Shown here piece after piece: positions 9,574 to 20,618 of a stretch of 64,000 nt of DNA. Origin of the DNA: an uncultured candidate division Zixibacteria bacterium (GTDB lineage: Bacteria; Zixibacteria; MSB-5A5; UBA10806). The number at the start of each line of letters is the position of its first letter. The stretch's first letter is position 1. The position numbers were made by a program, and so were the translations under genes. The stretch is from assembly GCA_963801605.1 (NCBI GenBank), contig CAWDFP010000006.1, forward strand, positions 64,001 through 128,000, read 5' to 3'. Below the pieces are notes generated by a model. That model was not told the origin of the DNA. It was given only the letters and a program-made list of their open reading frames with translations, and searched no databases.

Positions 9574-10886
9574 AACGATTTAGCTAATTTTCCGGCTTCA
9601 GACAGCATGCCGTCATAATCGAATCTTTCAAATTTGCCGCCGGATAATATTTTAGAACCCCCGATCCAAACTGAATCGGCAGACAGATCGCAAAGGCCAT
9701 AGAGATAATGCCCGATAATATTGGCGGCGTTAAGCGGTGTGGGCGGATTGTATCGCCAGAGGACCAGATCGGCGGGATAGCCCGGCGCAATCCGACCGAC
9801 TCTCATTCCGGTGATCTTTTCAAAGATGGATGGATTTCGCTCGAGCAGCATTTCTCCAATTTGACCGAAACCGAAATCGGGGTCTTCCTTTTCATGCCTC
9901 GATAAATAGAGAGCCGCTTTAGCCTCATGTAGCATATCGGAGGCGATACCATCCGTGCCCAAGCCGATGGAAAGACGATCATAATCCCACCAAGGTGCGA
10001 ATCCGACAGCATTATTCTGATTGGATCGAGCGCACAACGCCAGGTTGGTTTTAGTTGAACTTAATTTTGAAATTTCATTTGTATCGAGATGGACTCCGTG
10101 CACAGCCAGGCTGCGTTCATTAAGCAAACCATAGTTGGCGAAACGTTCAGCGGCTTTGTGTCCATATTTTTCAAGCGATATTTTTTGATCGATCCGATCC
10201 TCAGCCAAATGAAAATGGTAACCCGAAGAATATTGTTTGGTGGTATCGGCAATAGCTTTTAGATTTTCATTCGATAGAGTCATCGAGGCGTGCAGGCCAA
10301 CCATTGCAGTTAGATTGCTTTTCACGCCACCATAGGGCCATTTGCTGAGCGCATCAACTGACTCATTAATTCCGAGGTTGAAAGCTTTTTCCCCGGCGCG
10401 ATTAGACAGTTCAAAGCATAGCGAGCCGCGCAAGCCGATAGTTTCGAATGCAAGGGCGATTTTATCCAGAGAGCCTTTAATCGTACGCTGGCTGGAATGG
10501 TGATCGACGACCGATGTCACACCCGAAAGAATAGACCGGCTGAGGCCAACGAGGGCGGAATAGTAGATATCATCAAGATTAAGACCTTCATCAAGGGGCC
10601 ACCAGATGCGCTCCAGGATTTCCTTGAAATTAGATGGGGGTAATGATTTCGGAATCCAGCCGCGCGCAAATGATGAGTAAAGGTGATGGTGAAGATTAAC
10701 CAGCCCCGGTGCAAGTAATCCCTGACCAATATTCTCAAGGGGAACTTTGGGATTGTCATGTTTGATCTTTTCTACAGGACCAATCTCGCGAATAATCCCG
10801 TCTTCAATAAGAACCGCGCCTTTTTCGAAGAAAGCGTCAGGCTTATCATTGCTGAAAATTGAAGAACCGGTTAAGATTGTTTTCAT
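9558..10886 (-). CDS. ssnA: SsnA-like metal-dependent amidohydrolase
   Basis: 'PGLVNLHHHLYSSFARG','GVTSVVDHHSS','GLHASMTLS','HFHLAE','GTDG'. Confidence 0.85.
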   Translation of the reverse strand: MKTILTGSSIFSNDKPDAFFEKGAVLIEDGIIREIGPVEKIKHDNPKVPLENIGQGLLAPGLVNLHHHLYSSFARGWIPKSLPPSNFKEILERIWWPLDEGLNLDDIYYSALVGLSRSILSGVTSVVDHHSSQRTIKGSLDKIALAFETIGLRGSLCFELSNRAGEKAFNLGINESVDALSKWPYGGVKSNLTAMVGLHASMTLSNENLKAIADTTKQYSSGYHFHLAEDRIDQKISLEKYGHKAAERFANYGLLNERSLAVHGVHLDTNEISKLSSTKTNLALCARSNQNNAVGFAPWWDYDRLSIGLGTDGIASDMLHEAKAALYLSRHEKEDPDFGFGQIGEMLLERNPSIFEKITGMRVGRIAPGYPADLVLWRYNPPTPLNAANIIGHYLYGLCDLSADSVWIGGSKILSGGKFERFDYDGMLSEAGKLAKSLWERI

Positions 10887-10889
10887 AGT

Positions 10890-12095
10890 CTAAACTTGAC
10901 GAAGCTCCAGGCATCCGGATACAGGTTGAGTCAGAAGGCACAATCCGCACCCGACACATTTATCATGAGAAATAGACGGTTTTCTTTTTGCAGAATCCCA
11001 TTCAATCGCTTCGTGGCCGCCATCGCGACAGGCGACATAGCATCGTCCACACCCGATACATTTCTCATCGACCACATTGCTTCGAACCTGTTGACGAGGA
11101 AGAGCGTCATGATCGACCAGATGCGGCAGGGCACGGCCGACCAAATCGGTTACGGAATTGAAATTTTTATCTGCCAAGTATCTATCGAGACCGCTGGTCA
11201 GGTCCTGGATAATATCAAACCCATAAAGCATAACAGCGGTACATATCTGCACGTTGGATGCTCCTACTGCGAGAAGCTCCACGGAATCTCGCCAGTTGGA
11301 AATGCCGCCGTTGCCGGAAATAGTTATATCGGGGATGTGACGAGCAATTTCAGCTACGGTTCGCAGCGTAATCGGTTTGATGGCCGGGCCGGTTAAGCCG
11401 GAATAGGTAGAATAGTTTGCTACGCCCGGAACGGGAGTAAGCGTATCGATATCGATTCCCATAAGGGCGGGAACCGAGTTTGAGGCGGTAACGCCATCGC
11501 AACCGGCACGCTGGATTGCCTTGACAATTGTGACAATATCCGTGACCTGCGGAGTAATCTTGATGAGCACCGGAAGCGATCCGGCGGCTTCCTTGACCCA
11601 ACTGGCCGCTCTTTCGGTAGCCGTTTCGCTTTGAGCCAGCATTTTACCGGGGTCCTCTCCGATATTCCCTTGTGGGCAGGAGAAACTGCATTCGATTAGA
11701 TCAACTCCGGCATCTTTAAGCGCTTTCACCAGCGTTTGCCACCCCTCTTTTGAGCCTGACATGATCGAGGCGGCAATCATCTTTGAAGGGAATTCTTTTT
11801 TAAGGGTAGAAACACGCTTTGATATTTCGTCAATATGGTATGCGCTGATAAGATCGATATTCCCCATTCCGATGGTTTTATCATCGCTTACGATTGAGCT
11901 CATCATGGGATAAGCAAGATCGACTTTGGTGTCGAGCGCCGAGGTAGTCTTCAGTATCAAGCCAGCCCAGCCGGCTTCGAGTCCTCTCCTCGCAATCGAA
12001 AGCTCATCTGTAGAGGGGGCCGCCGAAAGGATGAACGGATTTTCAAGGCGGATTCCGAGGAAATCGTAACTTAATCTGGATGATGTCAAAGTCAT
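10890..12095 (-). CDS. preA: Dihydropyrimidine dehydrogenase-like FMN subunit (PreA) with C-terminal ferredoxin domain
   Basis: 'ENPFILSAAP','FSCPQG','KITP','GLTGPAIKP','GNGGISNWRD','VQICTAVM', two ferredoxin-type motifs. Confidence 0.88.
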   Translation of the reverse strand: MTLTSSRLSYDFLGIRLENPFILSAAPSTDELSIARRGLEAGWAGLILKTTSALDTKVDLAYPMMSSIVSDDKTIGMGNIDLISAYHIDEISKRVSTLKKEFPSKMIAASIMSGSKEGWQTLVKALKDAGVDLIECSFSCPQGNIGEDPGKMLAQSETATERAASWVKEAAGSLPVLIKITPQVTDIVTIVKAIQRAGCDGVTASNSVPALMGIDIDTLTPVPGVANYSTYSGLTGPAIKPITLRTVAEIARHIPDITISGNGGISNWRDSVELLAVGASNVQICTAVMLYGFDIIQDLTSGLDRYLADKNFNSVTDLVGRALPHLVDHDALPRQQVRSNVVDEKCIGCGRCYVACRDGGHEAIEWDSAKRKPSISHDKCVGCGLCLLTQPVSGCLELRQV

Positions 12096-13339
12096 TTTGC
12101 CTCCAGATAGCTGATAATCGCGGCAGCCACAGACTTACCGTCCCGAACAGCTTCAACGATTGTTCCCTCGCCTCTGGCCCAATCGCCGGCGGCGAATATT
12201 CCGGGAATCGAGGTTGTAAGATCGGGATTGATTTCTATATCCCTCATATATTCCGACGCTAAACCGACGGCGGTGATTACCATCTCGGTCATCATCATAA
12301 ATTCGCTTCCCCTGATCTGGCGCGGAATTCGTCTGCCGGAGGCATCACACTTATCATCAAGCTGAATTCTGGTACAATTGACAGCTTCGATATTCCCACC
12401 TTCACCCATTATCTCGACCGGCGCAATAAGATATTCGATAATTATTCCCCTCTTTTGCGCTTCCCGCAGCTCCGAGCGCCAGACTTTCATCTCAGCGGGG
12501 CCTCGGCGATAAAGCAAACGAACTTCCGAAGCGCCGAGACTGGCGGCAGTGGAAGCCACGTCAAGGGAGACATTTCCTCCGCCAACCACAACAACCTTTT
12601 TGCCTGCGATATCGTTAATTTTGCCCAAACGCGCTTTCCGGAGAAAGCTGATGGCGTCTATAACGTCGGGGAGGTGTTCACCGGGAATTTCGAGACGTTT
12701 TCCGGTTTCGAGACCTGAGGCAATCAGGACCGCGCTAAATTCTTTCAGCAAGCTTTGCGGATCATCTATTTCCTGATTTAACTTAAATTCTATTCCAAAG
12801 CTTTTGGCATAATTAAGATCAAGATTAATTTCATCATCGGACAATCTAAAGCCGGGAATACTGACGGCGGGGACTCCGCCGGTTTGGGAGTCTTTATCGA
12901 AAATCGTGATACGATATCCGGCCTTGGATAGTTTTATCGCCGCGCTTAAGCCCGCGGGACCAGCGCCGATAATCGCGACTTTGCCTGTTTGAGCCGGCGC
13001 CGTAATTTCGGTTTTACTCTCTTTATGCGATGCGAAGCTATGAAGATTCCTGATTTTAATCGGCTGGTCGATTTTACCCCTGGTGCAGGCGCTCTGACAG
13101 AAAACCTCCTGAGGACAAACGGAGCCGCAAATTGCCGCCATCGGGTTGGCCTCACGGACCAATAATGAGGCTCTATAAAGATTACCGCTATTAATCGATC
13201 TTATAAATTCGGGAATGGGAATTCCGGCAGGGCACGCTTTTTGACAGGGAGGATCGAAACACGACAAACAACGCTGTGCCTCGGTCTTTACCCATTCATC
13301 TTTATTAGATTTTACATCCGATGGAATTAAAACGGGCAT
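12092..13339 (-). CDS. preT: PreT/GltD-like FAD/NAD(P)H Fe-S oxidoreductase subunit
   Basis: 'EAQRCLSCFDPPCQKACP','CGSVCP','GAGPAG','GGGNV','AAGD...TIVEAV'. ATG 13339 follows GAGG. Confidence 0.85.
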   Translation of the reverse strand: MPVLIPSDVKSNKDEWVKTEAQRCLSCFDPPCQKACPAGIPIPEFIRSINSGNLYRASLLVREANPMAAICGSVCPQEVFCQSACTRGKIDQPIKIRNLHSFASHKESKTEITAPAQTGKVAIIGAGPAGLSAAIKLSKAGYRITIFDKDSQTGGVPAVSIPGFRLSDDEINLDLNYAKSFGIEFKLNQEIDDPQSLLKEFSAVLIASGLETGKRLEIPGEHLPDVIDAISFLRKARLGKINDIAGKKVVVVGGGNVSLDVASTAASLGASEVRLLYRRGPAEMKVWRSELREAQKRGIIIEYLIAPVEIMGEGGNIEAVNCTRIQLDDKCDASGRRIPRQIRGSEFMMMTEMVITAVGLASEYMRDIEINPDLTTSIPGIFAAGDWARGEGTIVEAVRDGKSVAAAIISYLEAK

Positions 13340-13350
13340 TGATAAAACCT

Positions 13351-13881
13351 CTAAACAATAAATTTCTTCAAATCGTTTTCCGTTATTATTAGTGCCGCCT
13401 TCCTGACAGCATCGAGTATTTGAATATAGCCGGTACATCGGCAAAGATTGCCCGCAAGGGCCTGTTTGATTTTGACATCATCGGGATTATGGTCTTTCAA
13501 AAATAGCGCAATCGTAGACATGATCATTCCGGGCGAGCAGAAACCGCAATGGACTGCATCGCAATCCACATACGCCTTTTGTATCGGATGAAGATCAGCG
13601 GCCCCCGACGATGCTACTCCTTCTATTGTCCAGATACTGGCTCCATCTATCTGCGGCGCTAACAGCAGACAGGCGTTGACGGCATTACCGTTGAAGAGCA
13701 CCGTGCACGCCCCGCATTCACCAACCTCGCAGCCGCACTTGACACCGAGATACCCCAAACCGTCGCGGAGAAACCGAAGCAGGGTCCATCCAACAGGAGC
13801 ATCCTTGTTAAAAGGAATACCGTTCAGCCGAAAACTGATTTCAACAGTCGGTTCGCCGATGCCAAAGCCTAACGAATTCAT
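13351..13881 (-). CDS. Xanthine dehydrogenase-family 2Fe-2S subunit (set A)
   Basis: 'GCEVGECGACTV','CGFCSPG','GNLCRCTGY'. Confidence 0.93.
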   Translation of the reverse strand: MNSLGFGIGEPTVEISFRLNGIPFNKDAPVGWTLLRFLRDGLGYLGVKCGCEVGECGACTVLFNGNAVNACLLLAPQIDGASIWTIEGVASSGAADLHPIQKAYVDCDAVHCGFCSPGMIMSTIALFLKDHNPDDVKIKQALAGNLCRCTGYIQILDAVRKAALIITENDLKKFIV

Positions 13882-13882
13882 T

Positions 13883-14737
13883 TTAAATAACGCTCATCCC
13901 GGACGCTTCGTGAAGCGCTCTTTTCATCAGTCCGATTAATACAGGTTTTTTGTAAGGGGTTGACCACCTGTAGCCGCTTTCCTTTAACATTAATTCCGCA
14001 GCAAAATTGGCCGCATCTTCAAACAGTTTCTCGGATATTTTCTGGCCATTCAATAACTTTTCCAAATCATTCATTCGTGAAGGCGCCGGGAAGATTGATC
14101 CTCCCGCGATGATGGCGTTTTTAATGATTCCCTTATCATCCCGCATTATCGTGGCGGCCAGAGTCATTCTGGAGATGTTTACTGCCTGACGTCGTCCAAG
14201 CTTGATATAGGATGACCCGGAGGGGCCGACGGCTTTATGGCATCTGATCGAATAAAGCAGTTCATCGGGATTAATCAGCGTTTTATATGGGCCGATTACA
14301 AATTGGCCGAGGCTTATAGTTCTTTTTCCCTTACGAGAAAGCAATGTCAGTTCGGCGTCATAATTAAGCAAGGCCGGCACGGAATCGGCACATGGCGAGG
14401 CGTTTATAATATTTCCACCAACGGTACCGCGATTTCTTATTTGCCAGGAGCCAACCAAACTGGTAGCACGGCTTACCAGCGGCAAATTTTCCTTAATCAT
14501 ATTATTCGTTGATAAGATTGTATGAGTGCAAGCAGCACCAATTTCTATAAAGTTGTTATCATCATTAATAAATGACATTCCTAAACGAGATATATCAAGT
14601 AACTGGCTTGGTTTTCCGCCGCGCAGTTGAGGAATCAAGTCTGTTCCGCCGGCAATAGGGATAAATTCGCCTGAGGATAGCAGGTCAAGCGCTTCGTTAG
14701 GCGTTTCCGGTTTGCGATATGAAGTAACGCTAATCAA
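13883..14737 (-). CDS. Xanthine dehydrogenase-family FAD subunit (set A)
   Basis: 'AGGTDL','IRNRGTVGGNI.NASPCAD'. Confidence 0.92.
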   Translation of the reverse strand: MISVTSYRKPETPNEALDLLSSGEFIPIAGGTDLIPQLRGGKPSQLLDISRLGMSFINDDNNFIEIGAACTHTILSTNNMIKENLPLVSRATSLVGSWQIRNRGTVGGNIINASPCADSVPALLNYDAELTLLSRKGKRTISLGQFVIGPYKTLINPDELLYSIRCHKAVGPSGSSYIKLGRRQAVNISRMTLAATIMRDDKGIIKNAIIAGGSIFPAPSRMNDLEKLLNGQKISEKLFEDAANFAAELMLKESGYRWSTPYKKPVLIGLMKRALHEASGMSVI

Positions 14738-17080
14738 TTTCGCTGGCTCCTCGAAGCGGTTGAGCCACGCTTTTCGCCGCGAACCAGAGTCTTGCCCAGT
14801 AATACTCGTTCCAGCGTCAAGGGCAAGTCTCTCACACGCTTGCCAATTGCGTTAGCCACCGCGTTGACAATCGCCGGTGCGGCCAGTTCGCAAGCCGGTT
14901 CGCCAAGCGATTTGGCCCCAAAGGGACCGATGCTATCCGGATTTTCGATAAAGGTAACGTCAACTTCAGGTAGATCGCAAATAGTCGGAAGCAAGTACTC
15001 GTCGAAATTTTGGAGTGACGGCAAACCGTTTTCTTCGGAATAATCTTCAAGCAGAGCATATCCCAAACCCATCGCCACACCGCCGTAGACTTGTCCCTTG
15101 GCTCCGTTCAGATTAAGAGTGCGACCGATGTCATGCGAGCTCGCAAACTTCACTACCTTCACCTGCCCGGTAACAATATCAACTTCCACTTCCGCTAAAT
15201 TGGCTCCGTAAACATAAGTGAAGTAAGCATCACCCTGGCCGGTATGCTCATCCCAGGTAGTGGATGGCGCTTTATACCAACCGTGAGCAAATAAAGAAAT
15301 ACCTTTGCGGAAACACTCGGCTGCCAATTCGCCGAAACTTAGCGTCTTATTAATCTCTACCGTAGAACAGATTTGATTATCCTTAAAAATCAAAGATGGT
15401 TCCGGACAACCAAGCATTTCCGCCGCTACAGGCTTAATCCTTTTAAGTAGCTCAGCGGCGCCAATCCTGGCGGCGTTACCGGCCATGAGGCTGGTTCTCG
15501 ATGCAACGGTTGGCCCGGAATCAGGGATACTGGTTGTGTCAGCATTGAGGAACCTGATACGGTCAACAGTGACGCCAAGCTCTTCGGCCGCAACTATCGA
15601 GATCGTTGTTCCCGCTCCCTGGCCCATATCAACCAAGCCGCAAGAAAGTACAATTGAGCCATCGGTTTGTATCGAGATCCCGACGCCGGCGGCGTCAGTA
15701 CCCTCGGCCCCCAGCGAAACGCCGCGGTAGCTGCAGGAGATTCCGATTCCCTTCATTATGCCATTCCTGCACTGCTGAGCGCGATTCGCTTTCCATATAG
15801 CGCCGAAATCGATTCCCTTAGTAACATTCGATAAGGCCTCGCCAACACTAACCTTGTGCTGCAAGGTCTGACCGGTTGCGGTCACACAGTTATCCTTCAG
15901 GATATTTTTCAAGCGCAGTTCCAGACGGATCGATACTGAGCGTCTCGGCTATTTCATCCATCAGGGATTCGGCTGCAAAACAGATCTGGGGCGATCCGAA
16001 GCCGCGCATGGCGCTGGTGTAGCAATTGTTGGTGTAAGCAGCAAAGACATCGGTTTTGACATTGGGGACGATATAAGGTCCGGTGGCCTGCACAACAGAT
16101 CGCCAGGTAACGAACGGCGACATGGCGGAATAAGCGCCGGCATCAGCGTGGATAGCGATTTCCATTGCCTGCAATAATCCGGTTTTGGTAACGCCGACTT
16201 TATATTTCAATTTATAAGGATGACGCTTGTAAGATTCGCGCATGGAGTCTTCGCGGCTATTTACCATTTTGACCGGCCTGCCGGCAGCAAGCGCCAGGAG
16301 CGCCGCCCGGCAACAAATAGAGCTCATAACTTCATCTTTACCGCCGAATGAACCGCCAAGAGTAGCTTGAATGAGATGGATTCGATTTAATGGCAACTGG
16401 GTGACACGCGATATGGCCCGTCTGATATTGTAAAGATTTTGCAAAGTGCCTGTGATGGTCACTCCGCCATTCTCACCAGGCTCAGCAAGAACCGCTTCAG
16501 GTTCAATATAGGAATGCTCAATTCGCTGGGTGGAGTATTCACGTTCCAGAACAATTTCGGACTGGGCAAATCCGGTTTCAATATCGCCTTTTCGAACCTT
16601 ATGATGGATGCACAAGTTGCCGTTGTCATGAACGAGGGGCGAATCAGGAGATAACGCCTCGATTGGATCTGTCACCACGGGAAGCGGTTTATAATCGATT
16701 TCAATAAGATTAACCGCACGCTCGGCAATTTCGGGTGTTTCCGCGGCCACGATAGCAACAACATCACCGTAAAAACGGACCTTATCGGAACAGAGAACCA
16801 TCTGATGAGTCTGGATCGCCCCAAATCCCTTTTCGCCGGGGATATCGACATGAGTCAAAACGGCGCGAACGCCGTTCAGGGCCTTCGCTTTGGTTGTGTC
16901 GATTCGGATAATTTTCGCATGAGGATATTCAGCATATTTGGATGCTCCGAAAAGCTGCCCGGCACAATTAAAATCGGCTCCATATTTAGCGCGACCGGTA
17001 ACTTTGTCGATCGCGTCGACACGCGGTACCGCGGTGCCAATCAGATTGAATTTATTTTCACCCGGATTTTGTTCAGGCAT
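14734..17080 (-). CDS. Xanthine dehydrogenase-family molybdopterin subunit (set A), frameshift near 15925
   Basis: 'KVTGRAKY','GGSFGGK','AMRGFG','GPTVASR','GAKSLGE'. Removing one base restores IDPLELRLKN. Confidence 0.9.
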
Positions 17081-17920
17081 TATAATTCCATAATTCCGGT
17101 AAGCCCGCGCTTTAAGAGGACTCCCACCATCTCTTTTCTATAGAGAGCATTGGAACGGATATCATCGATTGGCCGGGCTTCTTCTTTTACAATATTGGCA
17201 GCTTCGGCGATAAGCTTCCGGGTTAGTACGTTTCCGAGCAAGTATTCTTCGGTTTTAATGGCTCTGATAACCGTAGGCGCCACAGCCCCAAGGGCAATTT
17301 TAACTGAATCAATCTTACCATTATTAATATTCAAACTGGCAGCCACCGAAAGTTTGCTGATGGCCAATGCCTTGCGCGTTAGCCAGACGCAGGAAAAATC
17401 CATGATTAGTTAACCTGGGCAATTTAATAGCAGTTATCAATTCGTTCGATTTCAAGATCGTTGCGCCCGGACCCTTAAAAAAGATATCAATAGGAACAGA
17501 TCGTTTCACGTTACTTGATTCCAGCGCCAGCGTCGCGCCAAGAGCGTAAAGCGGAGGAATGAGATCGCCCGCGGGGGAGCCATTGGCGATATTGCCTCCG
17601 ATAGTGGCTCGATTTCGAATCTGCACTGAACCTGCCAGCGAAGCCGCCTCCACAAGCTGAGGAGCATGAGTTCGTAAAAGCTCTGATTCCTCGATCTCAG
17701 CGAATGTCACCAGCGGCCCGATTGAAATCTCTTTGGGGGTAATTGTAATCTTGTGAAGCGCTTTAATATGATCCAGAACGAGAAGCTTGGGCCAGGGCTG
17801 ACGGTCATGCAACTTGACCAGGATATCAGTTCCTCCGGCCACAGCTACAACGCTGGGACGAGCCATTGCTTTCAAAGCCTCGGACAGTGATGATGGAATT
17901 ATGGTTTCGGCCGCGTTCAT
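17080..17920 (-). CDS. Xanthine dehydrogenase-family FAD subunit (set B), frameshift near 17380
   Basis: 'AGGTD','QIRNRATIGGNIANGSPAGD'. The second frame gives 'RKALAIS...GAVAPT...PIDDIRS..YR'. Confidence 0.88.
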
Positions 17921-18378
17921 TTTCTTTTCGATACCGAATTTTTCGAGGCCAACTCAACTGCCTCAATTATTTTCTCATATCCGGTGCAGCGGCAGAGATT
18001 ACCCGACAAAGCGTGTTTTATCTCTTCTCTCGATGGCCTTTTATTTTTGGCAAGAAGCGCTGTAGCCGAAAGGATCGCACCCGGCGAACAAAAACCACAT
18101 TGCACCGCCCCCGTGGCTGTAAAGGCTTCCTGCACTTGACTGCCCATAACTCCCTCGATAGTGGTTACCTCTCGTCCAACAAGCTGGGCGGAAATCATCA
18201 GGCAAGACGAAACTGGACGACCGTCAAGCAGAATGGTGCAAGCCCCGCATTCTCCTTTGCCACATCCCTCTTTGGTGCCGACGAGCTCCAGAGTATCGCG
18301 CAAAAGATCGATGACACGTTCGCTTCCGGCGACATCAAGCGATACATCTTTGCCATTAAGCTTAAATTTGATCTTCAT
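17917..18378 (-). CDS. Xanthine dehydrogenase-family 2Fe-2S subunit (set B)
   Basis: 'GTKEGCGKGECGACT','QCGFCSPG','GNLCRCTGY'. Confidence 0.94.
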   Translation of the reverse strand: MKIKFKLNGKDVSLDVAGSERVIDLLRDTLELVGTKEGCGKGECGACTILLDGRPVSSCLMISAQLVGREVTTIEGVMGSQVQEAFTATGAVQCGFCSPGAILSATALLAKNKRPSREEIKHALSGNLCRCTGYEKIIEAVELASKNSVSKRK

Positions 18379-20618
18379 TTGTTAAGCCCCGCCCAAACTT
18401 TTTCAGGAGTTATAGGAAGCTCTCTGACTCGAACGCCACAGGCGTTATAAACAGCGTTAGCTATCGCCGGAGCCAGCCCCATAAGCGGCTGTTCCCCGAA
18501 TCCCTTGGCTCCGTGCGGTCCCCAGGGATAGGGATGCTCGACGATGATCGGTACGATTTCGGGTTGATCCTCGGCAGTTGGAATAATATATGTCGAAAAT
18601 TCGGAGTTTCTAATGGCGCCATTCTTATCGGCGGTCATATCTTCCATTAAGGCATAGCCGATTCCCTGCAGAGTGCCACCCTCGATCTGGCCCTCGGCAG
18701 ATGCCGGATTGATGGCTTTGCCGATATCATGCGCGGTCCAGACTTTGAGAACCGTAACCTCGCCAGTCTCTTTATCGACTTTCACTTTCACCAGATTGCT
18801 GGCCCAGGCATAGACGATATAAGCATCACCCTGTCCGGTGCTATCATCCCAGCTTGTAGGAGGTGAAATTACCCAACCCTCGGCGGATAGAGGCTTTCGT
18901 TTATAGCTACATGATTTAATGACATCCATTAATGGAATTGTCTTATCGCCAGTAATGACTTTGCCATCGTCGAAATTAATATCGGATATCGGCAAACCAA
19001 GCATCTCGCCGGCTTCTTCAAGGAGAACGCTCTTAATTTTAAGGCAGGCATCCATAAGAGCGTTACCGGACATAAGAGTAGATCGCGAAGCCACGGTTGG
19101 CCCGGAATCCGGAACACGGCTGGTATCGGGCGGAAGCATTCCCACCGCTTCAAGCGGCAAACCAAGCTCATCGGCCACGATTTGTGAAAGGACCGTAGTC
19201 ATCCCCTGCCCGATCTCCGTTGTGCCCACAGAAAATATAACCGAGCCATCGGCATGAAGGATCACCCTGGCACCGGTGCGAGCCAGCAATTTGCCGCCCG
19301 CGCCAAGTCCGACTCCGTAGAAAATGGTCGATAGTCCGAAGCCTACACCGTCTTCTTTGGGTGCTTGGGGCGACCAGCCGGAAACCTGCACCACTTTATC
19401 AAGTGTTTCTGCCAAACCGACGCTGTTTTCAAGTTTCTGGCCGGTGGTGGTCGTATCGCCAAGCTTTAGAATATTTTTCTTTCGAAATTCAAGAGAATTC
19501 ATTCCAATTTTTTCCGCCAATTGATCGATCTGGGATTCAACAGCGAATAAAATTTGCGGTGAACCGAATCCTCTGAAAGCGCCGGTGGGGACTTTGTTGG
19601 TGGCAACAGCATAACTTTCGACTTTAACATTTTCGCAGCGATACGGACCGACCGAATGAGCGGTACCTCTAAAAAGCACGACCGCCGATAACGTGGCATA
19701 AGCACCGCCATCGATCACATATTCGGCTTTAACCGCTCGAAGGATTCCATCTTTGGTGGCGCCGGATTTATAGTATACCCAGGCCGGGTGGCGTTTGGAG
19801 GTAACGATCATATCTTCGTTGCGGTCATAGACGAGTTTGATCGGTCGCTTAAGTTTCCACGCAGGCAGGGCAACCTGGCAGGCCAACAGCGAAGGCACAT
19901 CCTCTTTGCCGCCGAAGGCGCCGCCGGTGGCACATTGAATAACCCGCACTTTACTCTCGGGTAGGCCCAATATTGTAGTGATAGCTTTTCTAACATAAAA
20001 TGGGCATTGCATCGAACCGCGAATTTCGATACTGCCATCAGGGTAAGGAATGGCGATCATCGCCTGTGGTTCGATATAGGCATGTTCCTGATAGGGAGTG
20101 CGGTATTCGTTTTCGACGATGGCATCGCAACCGGCAAACGCTTTATCGGCATCACCCCTGATAACTCTCATCTTCTTAAAAATATTATCATTTCCGAAAA
20201 GATGAATGTCGGGATGATTACGGGCTTCAAGTGGATCCAACAGCGGTGTCAGCGGTTTGATTTTAAGCTCGATCTTTTTGGCGGCTGCACGGGCGGTTTG
20301 ACGATCATCGGCGATAACCACCGCAATCGGTTCGCCGATATAATTGACGAATTTTTCTGCAAGGAAAGGTTGGTCGTCGATTACGATCGGGATGCAGTTT
20401 TTGCCGGGGATATCCTTACAAGTGAAAACGCCTTTGACGCCAATTTGCCTCGAAACGTTTTCAGTTTCGATTTTTTTAATTTCGCCTCTGGCAATCGGGG
20501 AGCGCACTACGGCGGCGTGAAGCATTCCATGATATTTATAATCGTCGGTGAACAGGCCGGCGCCCTTCACCCTATCGGCTGCCTCGGAACGGATCACTCT
20601 TTTTCCGACGACGCTCAT
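18375..20618 (-). CDS. Xanthine dehydrogenase-family molybdopterin subunit (set B)
   Basis: 'QEHAYIEP','GGAFGGK','AFRGFG','GPTVASR','GQIEGG','GAKGFGE', intact 747 aa. Confidence 0.95.
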   Translation of the reverse strand: MSVVGKRVIRSEAADRVKGAGLFTDDYKYHGMLHAAVVRSPIARGEIKKIETENVSRQIGVKGVFTCKDIPGKNCIPIVIDDQPFLAEKFVNYIGEPIAVVIADDRQTARAAAKKIELKIKPLTPLLDPLEARNHPDIHLFGNDNIFKKMRVIRGDADKAFAGCDAIVENEYRTPYQEHAYIEPQAMIAIPYPDGSIEIRGSMQCPFYVRKAITTILGLPESKVRVIQCATGGAFGGKEDVPSLLACQVALPAWKLKRPIKLVYDRNEDMIVTSKRHPAWVYYKSGATKDGILRAVKAEYVIDGGAYATLSAVVLFRGTAHSVGPYRCENVKVESYAVATNKVPTGAFRGFGSPQILFAVESQIDQLAEKIGMNSLEFRKKNILKLGDTTTTGQKLENSVGLAETLDKVVQVSGWSPQAPKEDGVGFGLSTIFYGVGLGAGGKLLARTGARVILHADGSVIFSVGTTEIGQGMTTVLSQIVADELGLPLEAVGMLPPDTSRVPDSGPTVASRSTLMSGNALMDACLKIKSVLLEEAGEMLGLPISDINFDDGKVITGDKTIPLMDVIKSCSYKRKPLSAEGWVISPPTSWDDSTGQGDAYIVYAWASNLVKVKVDKETGEVTVLKVWTAHDIGKAINPASAEGQIEGGTLQGIGYALMEDMTADKNGAIRNSEFSTYIIPTAEDQPEIVPIIVEHPYPWGPHGAKGFGEQPLMGLAPAIANAVYNACGVRVRELPITPEKVWAGLNK

